64,000 bases of DNA, taken from NCBI GenBank assembly GCA_009922615.1, contig RFVF01000006.1, positions 34,609 to 98,608 of the forward strand. The letters run 5' to 3'. The notes beneath the pieces were generated by a model. It did no database searches and was not told the DNA's origin. It saw nothing but the letters and a program-made list of their open reading frames with translations. The position numbers and the translations under genes are program-made. Positions 35,547 to 44,802 of the stretch are shown piece after piece. The first letter of the stretch is position 1, and each line of letters begins with the position of its first letter. Source of the stretch: Pseudomonadota bacterium. GTDB taxonomy: Bacteria > Verrucomicrobiota > Verrucomicrobiia > Limisphaerales > SXTU01.

Positions 35547-37652
35547 ATGAAGCTGTTGTCCATCTCGCTGACACTTTCACTGGCGCTGGTTTCCGTCTCG
35601 GCGGCGGAGAAAAAAGCCACCGACACCAAGGCCCCGGCCAAGAAAGCCCCGCCCGCCAACCTTCAGCCCAATCCCCGGAAGCTCAACCCACCGCCTGGCG
35701 TGGTCGTGCCCGCTGACGTGAAGGCTGAACTCACCGCCGGAGCCGCCGCGCTGGGCAAGGAGATCGAAGCCTTGCGTGAAACCCTGAAGAGCAAGCCCGC
35801 GCTCCTCGCGCTCCTGTCCGACGTGCAGATTTACCACAACGCCGTCCGCTACGCGCTGGAGGATGACATCTTCACCAGCCCGAACCAGTTCAACTCCGCG
35901 CGCGCTCTGCTCAAGGTTGGTCACGAGCGCGCGCAGCAGCTCGCCGCCGGCAACGCGCCGTGGAACACCAAGGCCGGCCTGCTCGCGCTGAAGAAGGAAC
36001 TCGAAGGCAAGGCCAAGACGCCGACCACGCTCACACACGTGCCCGTCGTGCGCGGCTACGTGTCGAAGATTGACGGCTCGGTGCAGCCTTACGGGCTGAA
36101 GGTGCCGGTGACTTACCTCACCGGCGATGACAAGCCGCGCCGTCTCGACTTCTGGCTGCACGGCCGCGGCGACACGCTCAACGAGATTGCCTTCATTGAC
36201 GGCCAGTCGCGCGCGGGCGGCACGTTCCTGCCCGACGACGCCTTCGTGCTGGACCCTTACGGTCGCTTCATGAACGCCTTCAAGTTCGCGGGCGAGACGG
36301 ATGTGTGGGAAGGCCTCGACCACGCGGCGAAGCACTACCCGATTGACCGCAACAAGCTCGCCATGCGCGGCTTCTCGATGGGCGGCGCGGGCGCGTGGCA
36401 CCTCGGCGCGCACCACGCGGACAAGTTCGCCTCCGTCAATCCCGGCGCGGGCTTCGTGGACGTGAAGAACTATCAGAAGCTCGGCGACAAGCTCGACACC
36501 ATCCCGTGGTGGGAACAAAAACTCTGGAGCCTCTACGACCCCCTCGCGTGCCCCATCAATCTCATCAACTCGACGCTTATTGCTTACAGCGGCGAGATTG
36601 ACGCGCAGAAAGCCGCCGCCGACATGATGGAGGCCGCGCTCGCCAAGGAAGGCATCAAGATGACCCACATTATCGGCCCCAAGACTGGCCACGCCTTCGA
36701 GCCGGAAGCGAAGAAAGTCGTGGCGAAGCTCGTGGATGAGGCGACGAACAAGGGCATCAACCACCTGCCGAAGAAGGTCACGCTGGTGACGCACTCGCTG
36801 AAGTTCAACTCGGCACATTGGGTGACGATTGACGCGATGGAGAAGCAATGGGAGGAAGCGCGTGTTGATGCTGAGAACACGCCGAAGGGACTTGTGCTCA
36901 AAACTCGAAACATCATTGGCTTGTCGTTGAGACCATCAGCACCAGCTAACGAGACTCCCACCACGCGTGAGTTGAACGTCCTCGTCGACGGCCAAAAGGT
37001 TGGTGGGCCATTGCCTATCAAAGGCAGCTACTGGGACGTGCGTTTGAACAAGATCGGTGGCAAGTGGCAGTTGGGCGTGAAACTTGCGAATGGAAAGCAA
37101 CACAACCTCCAAGGCCCCATTGACGACGCCTTCATGGACTCGTTCGTGATGGTGCGGCCCACCGGCCAGCCGTTGAACGCCGCCGTCGGGCAGTGGGCGA
37201 AGACCGAGCTGGCCGAGGCCGCGTTCCACTGGCGGCGCTACTTCCGCGGCGAGCCGCGCGTGAAGGACGACTCCGCCATCACCGACGCCGACATCAAGAA
37301 CAGCAACCTCGTCCTCTGGGGCGACCCGTCCTCGAACAAGCTCCTCGCCCGCATTGCTGATAAATTGCCGATCAAATGGAGCGCGAAGGAAATCAAAGTC
37401 GGCGACAAAACCTACGACGCCACGAAGCACGCGCCCGCGTTCATCTTCCCCAACCCGCTGAACCCGAATCGCTACGTGGTCATCAACTCCGGCTTCACGT
37501 TCCCGCAATACGCCGGGGCCTCGAACTCGCAGCAAACCCCCAAGCTCCCCGACTGGGCCGTGTTGGACATGAGCGTCCCGCTCGCCGACCGCGTCCTCGG
37601 CAAAGGAGTCGTCGTCGCCGACTTCTTCGGCGAGAAATGGGAGCTGAAGTGA
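35547..37652 (+). CDS. Secreted alpha/beta hydrolase (esterase / S9 peptidase-like)
   Basis: The ATG at 35547 gives the signal MKLLSISLTLSLALVSVSAA. The nucleophile elbow is MRGFSMGGAGAW. There is a long C-terminal extension of unknown function. Confidence 0.7.
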   Translation: MKLLSISLTLSLALVSVSAAEKKATDTKAPAKKAPPANLQPNPRKLNPPPGVVVPADVKAELTAGAAALGKEIEALRETLKSKPALLALLSDVQIYHNAVRYALEDDIFTSPNQFNSARALLKVGHERAQQLAAGNAPWNTKAGLLALKKELEGKAKTPTTLTHVPVVRGYVSKIDGSVQPYGLKVPVTYLTGDDKPRRLDFWLHGRGDTLNEIAFIDGQSRAGGTFLPDDAFVLDPYGRFMNAFKFAGETDVWEGLDHAAKHYPIDRNKLAMRGFSMGGAGAWHLGAHHADKFASVNPGAGFVDVKNYQKLGDKLDTIPWWEQKLWSLYDPLACPINLINSTLIAYSGEIDAQKAAADMMEAALAKEGIKMTHIIGPKTGHAFEPEAKKVVAKLVDEATNKGINHLPKKVTLVTHSLKFNSAHWVTIDAMEKQWEEARVDAENTPKGLVLKTRNIIGLSLRPSAPANETPTTRELNVLVDGQKVGGPLPIKGSYWDVRLNKIGGKWQLGVKLANGKQHNLQGPIDDAFMDSFVMVRPTGQPLNAAVGQWAKTELAEAAFHWRRYFRGEPRVKDDSAITDADIKNSNLVLWGDPSSNKLLARIADKLPIKWSAKEIKVGDKTYDATKHAPAFIFPNPLNPNRYVVINSGFTFPQYAGASNSQQTPKLPDWAVLDMSVPLADRVLGKGVVVADFFGEKWELK

Positions 37653-37654
37653 GC

Positions 37655-37675
37655 GGGGAATGGGGAATGAGGAAT
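37655..37675. repeat. Tandem heptamer (GGGGAAT GGGGAAT GAGGAAT) immediately after a stop codon
   Basis: Read directly. It runs into the left arm of the structured element that follows. Confidence 0.8.
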
Positions 37676-37821
37676 GGGGAGCGCACGCGCCCCGCGTGCA
37701 GTTTTCCGCGCCCTCGCGGAAAACTTCGACGACCCTCGAACGCGGAGCAACTGGAGAATCGAGCGCATCAGTGCCAACCGCGAGGGCGCGGTTGGCAGCA
37801 CCCGGGGCGCGTGCGCTCCCC
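37676..37821. repeat. 146-bp MITE/REP-like structured element with perfect 19-bp terminal inverted repeats and two perfect internal 10-bp hairpins
   Basis: GGGGAGCGCACGCGCCCCG (37676-37694) pairs with CGGGGCGCGTGCGCTCCCC (37803-37821). Hairpin 1 is GTTTTCCGCG-CCCT-CGCGGAAAAC (37701-37724). Hairpin 2 is GCCAACCGCG-AGGG-CGCGGTTGGC (37773-37796). The element ends 1 nt before the ATG at 37823. Confidence 0.75.
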
Positions 37822-37822
37822 G

Positions 37823-40111
37823 ATGCATTCTGCCTTCCTATTTCTTTTCCTCCTCGCCCTCCCGCTCCCCGCCCAAACCTTCCGCGACCCCGCCGACCAG
37901 CCGTTCCGGCGCGCGCCCATGTCCGTCGCGGCGCGCAGCGTGGTTCTCCCGCTCGCCACGAACGTCCACCTTGCTTTCGACACCGAGACGCTTCGCACCC
38001 ACACGGCATGGCGCGGGCCGTCGCTGAACATGCACGGCTCACCCTACGACGGCGCGGCGGGCCGGTTCCTCGCGGACTTCACCGGCGACTTCCTCTTCAC
38101 GAACCCTCCGCTTTTCCCGTGGGCCGGCGGCAAGCCCGCGCGCAACATCCTCACCGACTTCCCCTCAAAGCCGCGTTTCCTCGGCCTCAGCACGCGCGAC
38201 GGCATCCGCACGTTGATGTATGAACTGCCGCTCGACGCTGAGGAGACCGTGCGCGTGCATGAGTCACCGTCGGTGCAATGGGTGGACGGCACGCCTGTGG
38301 TGGTGCGGAGGTTCGAGCTCTCGGCGAGTTACATGGACCTCGAGTTCACCGCGCACATGGAGGCTGGCCGCATGACGACAATCAGCCAGAATGCGGCTGC
38401 GATGGGCATCCTGCGCGAGAAAGATTTGTTGCTCGTGGCCTTTCGTGGGCGTCCGCTGCTCGGTTGGAAACCGGCGACCGCGCAGGCAGATTACGTCGTC
38501 GAGCTGCATCGCGAGAAGGACGGCGAGAGCGAAATCATCCCGCGCTACGTTACGGGCGACGAGACGCATGCCGTTGTTCACATCCCGGCGCATCGCGGGG
38601 AGATCTCGTTTGAAGTGCTCTCCGTCGTGTGCGCGGACAAGCCCGAGGCCGAGCGGCTGTTGCCGAAGCTCGTTCCCGCGAAGGTCGCGCCGCCCGAGTT
38701 GATGCGCGTGTCCGAACCGTCTGCCAGCAAGCCGACGAACGCCGCGCCCTCGTGGGTGGTGACGAACGCGCCAGCGGTGCGGGCGGAAGCAGGCTTTCTC
38801 ATTGAGCAACTCGAAATCCTCAACTCGAAATCCGAATCCGCTCCCATCACCGGTCTCGACTTTCTGCCCAACGGCGACCTGGCCTTCTGCACGGCACGCG
38901 GCGAGGTGTTCATCGCAGGCCCATGGGACAATCCCACGAACCCGCCGGTATTTCGCCGGTTCGCGCGCGGGCTGATGGAACCGGGCGGCTTGCGTGTGTT
39001 CAGCGGCGAAATGTTCGTCGCGCAGAAGTGCGAGTTGACACGCCTGCGCGACACGGACGGCGACGGCGAGGCGGACTACTTTGAATGCGTGAGCCAAGCG
39101 TGGGGTTTCAACGGTAATGCCCGGCAGTTCGCGGTTGGACCGGTCGCGGACAAGGAAGGCAAATTTCATGTGCTGCTCGACGGACGGGGCAGCCGCTGGG
39201 AAGTTCCGTTTCGCGCTTGGGATGTGCGTTTCAGTCGCGCGGGCAAGGATTTCGAAGGCTGGGCCAGTGGCTTCCACTCGCCCGGCGGCGGTGGCGTGTT
39301 TGGCGGCGAAGTCTTCGCGACCGACAACGCCGGTCCGTGGGCTCCGGCGGCCAAACTCGTCGCGGTTCGGGAATCACAACCGCACGGTTATCCGGCGGCC
39401 CAACCTGCGCCACAGGAGCAGTTCAATGAGCCGAAAGAGATGACCGCACCGGCCGTGTGGTTCCCGGCACGTCTGGCGAAGCGGGTGACGGGGCTGGCGG
39501 CGTTGCCGGAGCGTTGGGGCCAGTTTGCCGGGCAGTTGATTGTGGCGGATGGCGAAGGCGCCTTGCTACGAGTGCATCTGGAGCAGGTGAACGGCGACTG
39601 GCAGGGCGCGGTGTGGCCGTTTCTCAAGGTCCCCGCTGTGCGCGTCACGCGGCTGGCCTTCAATGCCACTGGCCAGCTTTACGTGGGCGGTGCGGCGGCA
39701 GATGGCAAAGGCCCGGGCTTGGGGCGCATCGCTGCGGCCGGTGCAATGCCGTTCGAGGTGCGACAAGTAAAGGCGCTGGCCGATGGCTTCGAACTGACGT
39801 TCACAGAGCCGGTTGACGTTGCGTCGGCGATGAAGGTCGCCAGTTACGATGCTGCCCAATTCAACTACCGGCATGAGCTCGCCGCCGGGCTGGAATATGA
39901 CTTCGCCGGCACGCCGAACAAGTCGTCGGCGCTGAAGGTGGTGAGTGTGACGGTTGCTCCGGATGGCTTGAGCGCACGATTGAGGCTGGGCGGAATGCGC
40001 GCGGGTTTTGTCACGAGCATTCGCGCGGCGGGAGTGCGCAGCGCCGCCGCCCAGCCGTTGCTGCACGACGTGTTTTTCTACACACTGAATCAACTACCCA
40101 AGCAGCCCTAG
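37823..40111 (+). CDS. Secreted beta-propeller 'putative membrane-bound dehydrogenase'-type protein without a heme domain (paralog B)
   Basis: Signal MHSAFLFLFLLALPLPAQ. FRRAPMSVAARSVVLPLATNVHLAFD and QKCELTRLRDTDGDGEADYFECVSQAWG are near-identical to paralog A. It has the same C-terminal Ig-like module. Confidence 0.7.
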   Translation: MHSAFLFLFLLALPLPAQTFRDPADQPFRRAPMSVAARSVVLPLATNVHLAFDTETLRTHTAWRGPSLNMHGSPYDGAAGRFLADFTGDFLFTNPPLFPWAGGKPARNILTDFPSKPRFLGLSTRDGIRTLMYELPLDAEETVRVHESPSVQWVDGTPVVVRRFELSASYMDLEFTAHMEAGRMTTISQNAAAMGILREKDLLLVAFRGRPLLGWKPATAQADYVVELHREKDGESEIIPRYVTGDETHAVVHIPAHRGEISFEVLSVVCADKPEAERLLPKLVPAKVAPPELMRVSEPSASKPTNAAPSWVVTNAPAVRAEAGFLIEQLEILNSKSESAPITGLDFLPNGDLAFCTARGEVFIAGPWDNPTNPPVFRRFARGLMEPGGLRVFSGEMFVAQKCELTRLRDTDGDGEADYFECVSQAWGFNGNARQFAVGPVADKEGKFHVLLDGRGSRWEVPFRAWDVRFSRAGKDFEGWASGFHSPGGGGVFGGEVFATDNAGPWAPAAKLVAVRESQPHGYPAAQPAPQEQFNEPKEMTAPAVWFPARLAKRVTGLAALPERWGQFAGQLIVADGEGALLRVHLEQVNGDWQGAVWPFLKVPAVRVTRLAFNATGQLYVGGAAADGKGPGLGRIAAAGAMPFEVRQVKALADGFELTFTEPVDVASAMKVASYDAAQFNYRHELAAGLEYDFAGTPNKSSALKVVSVTVAPDGLSARLRLGGMRAGFVTSIRAAGVRSAAAQPLLHDVFFYTLNQLPKQP

Positions 40112-40168
40112 CCCGCGCGGCTTCACTCGTGGCTCGCCAGTCACTTTCCATCGCAGGCACACTGCGGC

Positions 40169-40822
40169 GTGCCCAAGTGGCTGAAGTTCATCGTGGGAAT
40201 CCTGCTGTTGCCCGTGTGCGCGGGGGCGTTGCCGGTTTTCGTGAAAGTGTTCCGCGCGTGTGGTGGGGCCTCCGAGGTTTGGGTGCCGCTGGCGGCGGGG
40301 GCGGCGTGCTGGCTGGTCATCTTCGCATTGCTGCCCAAGCCAATGTGGATTTACGTCGTCGGGCACGAACTGACGCACGTCGTGTGGTCGTGGCTCTTCG
40401 GCGGTAAGGTGAAGAAGTTCAAGGCCACGTCGCAGGGCGGCGAGGTCGTGATCACGAAGTCAAACTTCCTCGTCGCGCTTGCGCCGTATTTCTTCCCGCT
40501 CTACGCAGTGCTGGTGGTGTTGATCTTCCTCGCCGGTCATCTCATCTGGGGCTGGACGCGATGGACACCGCTGTTCCACTTACTGCTCGGCGCGGCCTAC
40601 GCCTTTCACCTCACGCTTACGTGGGAGATTCTCAAGACGAAGCAATCGGACATCACCGGTCAAGGCTACTTGTTTTCCAGTGCGGTCATCTTCCTCGGCA
40701 ACGTGTTGGTGCTGCTGCTGGGCATCCCGCTGCTGACGGGGCAGGGGTGCCTGCTCACCGTGCTGGGCTGGTGGCTGGAGGCGACGGGGGCAGTGCTGAA
40801 GCGGCTGGGTTCGCTCCTTTGA
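40169..40822 (+). CDS. Polytopic membrane protein with an HExxH motif (peptidase M50B-like)
   Basis: About 6 hydrophobic segments. YVVGHELTHVVWSWLFGG lies at a membrane boundary. GTG start. Confidence 0.55.
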   Translation: MPKWLKFIVGILLLPVCAGALPVFVKVFRACGGASEVWVPLAAGAACWLVIFALLPKPMWIYVVGHELTHVVWSWLFGGKVKKFKATSQGGEVVITKSNFLVALAPYFFPLYAVLVVLIFLAGHLIWGWTRWTPLFHLLLGAAYAFHLTLTWEILKTKQSDITGQGYLFSSAVIFLGNVLVLLLGIPLLTGQGCLLTVLGWWLEATGAVLKRLGSLL

Positions 40823-40892
40823 AGTAGGTCAGTGCGTCCTGCCTCACTTCCGTTTGTTTGCAACTGGTTGAGCGGGAGTTGGCTAATCAGAG

Positions 40893-40914
40893 GGACAGGC
40901 GGGATGCTCTGTCC
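40893..40914. repeat. REP-like palindromic motif GGACAGGCGGGATGCTCTGTCC (copy 2)
   Basis: It has the same orientation as, and 23/25 identity including the trailing TAC with, 13489-13513. Related GGACAGGCG cores occur at 21997-22005, and a G-variant occurs in the terminator at 47114. Confidence 0.6.
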
Positions 40915-40957
40915 TACGTTGCGCGCCATCCCGCAACCGCCTACGGTTCTGCCAGCC

Positions 40958-43900
40958 ATGAAACGTATCTTGCGTTCGCTGCTTCTCCTCGCGATTGCGT
41001 GCTCCCCGCTCGCACGGGCTTCCGCTGCGCCCGCCATCTTTGACCGCACCAACCTGGTCGCCTGGTGCATCGTGCCGTTCGACTCCAAGAAGCGTGGACC
41101 CGCCGAGCGCGCCGAGATGGCTGCCAAACTCGGTTTCAAGCACATCGCCTACGACTGGCGGCAGGAGCACGTCGCGGAGTTCGAGACGGAGATTCTGGAA
41201 TACCAGAAGCACAAACTCGGTTACTTCGCCTTCTGGGCGATGCACGAGGAGGCGTTCAAGCTCTTCGCGAAGCACGATCTTCATCCGCAGATTTGGATGA
41301 CCGTCCCCAGCCCGGCGGGCACAACGCAAGCCGAGCGCGTGGAGAAGGCCGCCGCGCAACTGCTCCCGGCCGTCCAGCGCGCGGGGAAGGCTGGCTGCCA
41401 GTTCGGCCTCTATAACCACGGCGGCTGGGGCGGTGAGCCTGAAAGCATGGTCGCCATCTGCGAGCAACTCCGCACCAAGCACGGCGCGACCAACGTCGGC
41501 ATCATCTACAACCAGCACCACGGCCATGACCACGTGGATCGCTTTGCCAAGGTGCTGGGCGAAATGAAGCCGTATCTCTTCTGCCTCAATCTAAACGGCA
41601 TGACCCGCGACGGCGAGAAGCGCGGGCAGAAGATTCTCCCGCTTGGCTCTGGCGAATTGGATTTGCCGCTCCTGAAAGTCATCGCCGCGTCCGGTTATCG
41701 CGGTCCCATCGGCATCATCGGTCACACTCAAGACGACGTGGAGCAGCGGCTGCGCGACAATCTCGACGGGCTCGACTGGCTTCTACCGCAGCTCGACGGC
41801 AAGCCCGCAGGCGCGAAGCCCAAGTATCGCACGCTCGCCGCCGCAAAACCTGTGGCTGCCGTTGCACAAATGCCAGGCGCTGTAAGCGGACAGTCTGCCG
41901 CGCCTTCCCTCTCGAAGGAATTCGGCCACGCACTGGCCGGCGGCATCGTCGAGGAGGGCAAGGCGGCTTACCGCGAACTGCCCATCACCGTCGAATTGCG
42001 CGCGCGCGTTCATTCGGCCAAGCAGTTCAACATCCTCGTCGCCAGCGACTCGAAGGCATCCGCGCAGCATTGGGAGCTCTACACTTATTCAGGCAGCGGC
42101 GTCTTCAGCCTCTACATGCCAGGCAGGGGAGGGGAGTTCAAATCTTCCGCGAACATTTGCGACGGCCAGTGGCACGCACTCGCGGCCATCATCGAACCGG
42201 CGCGCGTGCGGCTCTATGTGAATGGCAGACAAGTCCTCGATGCGCCCGCCAAGCCGCTCAACGGTTCACCGAAGCCCGGCGGCCTCGCCATCGGTCGACT
42301 CGTGGAAGGCGGCCTCGGCTGCGACGGCTTGCTGGATGACATCCGCATCTCGAAGGGCGTGCGGGAAATCAAAGGCGTGGCGAAGGAGCCGCTGAAGGCG
42401 GACGCGCAGACGGTGGGTCTATGGAACTTCGACGACCTCCGTGCCGGCGACTTGCTGTCGCCGTCTGGTGCCTCCAGCACGACCGCAGAGCGGCGACTGC
42501 AAGTCGCCGGCACGGGAGCGTCGCTGACTCCAGCGGTGCCGAAGCTGCAGCTCGTTTACTCCAAACTTGCCACGCGCGAGGCCACCGAAGCCGCTGTCAC
42601 TGCCGCCACGCTGAAGCAACTCCCTGCCGCTCGACTCGCTTCGATTCACGCTCTTCCCGTCGCACCCACGCTTAAGCCCGACGGTTCCGCCGATATCTCC
42701 GGCGCGAAAACCATCACTCTCCCCAATGCCCAGTGGACCACGCTCGACGCATCCGCGAAGTCCCTCCTCTTCACCTTCCACGCCGATGCCGAGCGCGAGG
42801 TCACGCTGCGCATCGGCTGCAAGCGCCCCGTGCAGACCAAGTTCAACAACGGTCCAATGCCTTCCGACCTCGGCCCGCCGGGCTGGCTCGCGGGCCAGAT
42901 TGGTAACATCGCCGACCCCGTGCCGTTCCACGTGAAGCTGCGCGCGGGAGACAATTTTCTCGCCGTCACTTTCACCGAGATGGTGCCGTTCTACTTCGAG
43001 CTGGACCCGCTAGGCCGCGACTTGCGCGAGCAGCTCAACGCCCGGCTCACCGCCGATTTTCCACCGACCGGCGAGGCGCGTTACTACAAGATTGAAACCG
43101 TCGCCATTCCCAGCGGGATCGCGCTCGAAGTCGGCGGCATGGCCTTTAACACCGACGGCTCGCTGATGATCTGCACGCGACGTGGGGAAATCTGGCGCTA
43201 CGTGAACGCCGCGCTCCAAGCCGAGTGTGCCAAGCCGGGACTTAATCGCGCCGCGATGCTTGCCGGCAAGACGCCGTCGACCAGCGCTTTCTTCGGCGAC
43301 CGCTGGGAATTGTTCGCCACTGGTCTGCATGAGCCGCTCGGCCTGCTCACCGGCAAGCCCGGTGAAGTCTTCGTCGTGCAACGCTCCGAGCTGACGCGCA
43401 TTGTGGACACCGACGGCGATGGCAAGGCCGACCTTTTCGAGACGCTCGACCAGAACTGCGGCGTCTCCGCCAGCCAACACGCCTACATCTTCGGCCCCGT
43501 GCGGGACAAGGCGGGCAACCTTTGGGGCGCGATCTCAGGCATCGGCATCAGCGGGCCGGGCAAGTATTTCGGCTGGAGCTTCAAGGTCACGCCCAAGGGC
43601 GAGTTCATCCCCGTCAGCAGCGGACTGCGCTCGCCCAACGGCCTGTGCATGACACCCGACGGTGATCTCTTCATCACCGACAACCAGGGCGAATGGGTCG
43701 GCACCTCGCCGCTGCATCATGTCAGCCCCGGCGCGTTCCACGGCCACCCGGCGTCGCTCAAGTGGGACGCGAACTTCAAGGGCGACGCGAGCAAGGCCGA
43801 GGAGCTCGCCAAGATTCGCAAGCTCCCCGCCATCCAGTTTCCCTACGGCACGATGGGACAGTCGCTCGCCGAGCCGGTGGTGGACACGACCGGCGGAAAG

Positions 43901-44494
43901 TTCGGCCCCTTCGCCGGGCAGATGTTCGTGGCCGACGAGAGCAAGTGCATCGTCGTGCGTGTGGCGCTGGAGAAGGTGGACGGCGAATGGCAGGGCGCGT
44001 GTCTGCCGTTCCGCAGCGGCTTCCAAGGCGGCAACAACCGCGCGGCCTTCGCGCCCGACGGCAGTCTCTACGTCGGCCAGACCGACCGCGGCTGGGGCAG
44101 CACGGGCGGGAAATCCTTCGGCCTGCAACGCGTCGTGTGGAATGGCGAAGTGCCCTTCGAGATTGAAACCATGAAACTCACCGCCGACGGCTTCGACGTG
44201 CGCTTCACGCGCCCCGTGGATCGCTCCGCCGCCGCCACGCCCGCAAACTGGTCTCTCTCGCACTACCACTATCTCTACCGCGCGCAATACGGCTCGCCGC
44301 AGCAGGACATCACGCCCGTGAAAGTCTCCTCCGCCACCGTCTCCACCGACGGTCGCGCCGTGCGGCTCAAGCTGCCGGAGCTGCGCACGGGAAAAATTTA
44401 CGAACTCCACCACGCCAACCTTCGCGCCGCTGACGGCACCGAGCCCCTGCACACCTCGGCGTATTACACGCTGAACCGAGTGGGGAGAAAGTGA
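40958..44494 (+). CDS. Fusion protein: xylose-isomerase-like TIM barrel + LamG-like domain + dehydrogenase-type beta-propeller + Ig-like module (paralog C)
   Basis: Signal MKRILRSLLLLAIACSPLARASA. TIM-barrel-like N-terminus (LVAWCIVPFD...GFKHIAYDW...YNQHHGHDH). LamG block (WHALAAIIEP..VRLYVNGRQV). Propeller (VVQRSELTRIVDTDGDGKADLFETL). The C-terminus is homologous to paralogs A and B. Confidence 0.7.
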   Translation: MKRILRSLLLLAIACSPLARASAAPAIFDRTNLVAWCIVPFDSKKRGPAERAEMAAKLGFKHIAYDWRQEHVAEFETEILEYQKHKLGYFAFWAMHEEAFKLFAKHDLHPQIWMTVPSPAGTTQAERVEKAAAQLLPAVQRAGKAGCQFGLYNHGGWGGEPESMVAICEQLRTKHGATNVGIIYNQHHGHDHVDRFAKVLGEMKPYLFCLNLNGMTRDGEKRGQKILPLGSGELDLPLLKVIAASGYRGPIGIIGHTQDDVEQRLRDNLDGLDWLLPQLDGKPAGAKPKYRTLAAAKPVAAVAQMPGAVSGQSAAPSLSKEFGHALAGGIVEEGKAAYRELPITVELRARVHSAKQFNILVASDSKASAQHWELYTYSGSGVFSLYMPGRGGEFKSSANICDGQWHALAAIIEPARVRLYVNGRQVLDAPAKPLNGSPKPGGLAIGRLVEGGLGCDGLLDDIRISKGVREIKGVAKEPLKADAQTVGLWNFDDLRAGDLLSPSGASSTTAERRLQVAGTGASLTPAVPKLQLVYSKLATREATEAAVTAATLKQLPAARLASIHALPVAPTLKPDGSADISGAKTITLPNAQWTTLDASAKSLLFTFHADAEREVTLRIGCKRPVQTKFNNGPMPSDLGPPGWLAGQIGNIADPVPFHVKLRAGDNFLAVTFTEMVPFYFELDPLGRDLREQLNARLTADFPPTGEARYYKIETVAIPSGIALEVGGMAFNTDGSLMICTRRGEIWRYVNAALQAECAKPGLNRAAMLAGKTPSTSAFFGDRWELFATGLHEPLGLLTGKPGEVFVVQRSELTRIVDTDGDGKADLFETLDQNCGVSASQHAYIFGPVRDKAGNLWGAISGIGISGPGKYFGWSFKVTPKGEFIPVSSGLRSPNGLCMTPDGDLFITDNQGEWVGTSPLHHVSPGAFHGHPASLKWDANFKGDASKAEELAKIRKLPAIQFPYGTMGQSLAEPVVDTTGGKFGPFAGQMFVADESKCIVVRVALEKVDGEWQGACLPFRSGFQGGNNRAAFAPDGSLYVGQTDRGWGSTGGKSFGLQRVVWNGEVPFEIETMKLTADGFDVRFTRPVDRSAAATPANWSLSHYHYLYRAQYGSPQQDITPVKVSSATVSTDGRAVRLKLPELRTGKIYELHHANLRAADGTEPLHTSAYYTLNRVGRK

Positions 44495-44802
44495 ACCCAC
44501 AACTGGAATTTGGGAGCTTGCTCTGCGATGAACTGATTACAGAGGCGAATGCTTCAATGGAGCACGTCATCCCCAACGCGCTTGGTCACCATAACGCTGA
44601 AAGGACGATTGACGCCCATTTGTCTAGGTGCTTGGGATCGATTGCCAGCCTTCTCGATGTTCCTCGTTTTCGTGGTGAGCACCCGACCTTCTCTCCCTCC
44701 GGGCCGAATCCACGCGGCTCAAACTGCCGCGATTGCAGGTCCAGATTTTTGTTTCCTCCCCGGCCGCGTCCACGAAATAGTCCACGCAAACGTGACCAAT
44801 GA
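44491..44802 (+). pseudogene. Possible degraded HNH-endonuclease remnant in a low-GC patch
   Basis: The translation LLCDELITEANASMEHVIPNALG resembles the C..C...S.EH(I/V)IP.ALGG core of HNH nucleases, but the second Cys and the downstream CN motif are missing. The ORF tail is Arg/Pro-rich junk that overlaps the receiver gene. Local GC is clearly below the surroundings. Confidence 0.3.
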
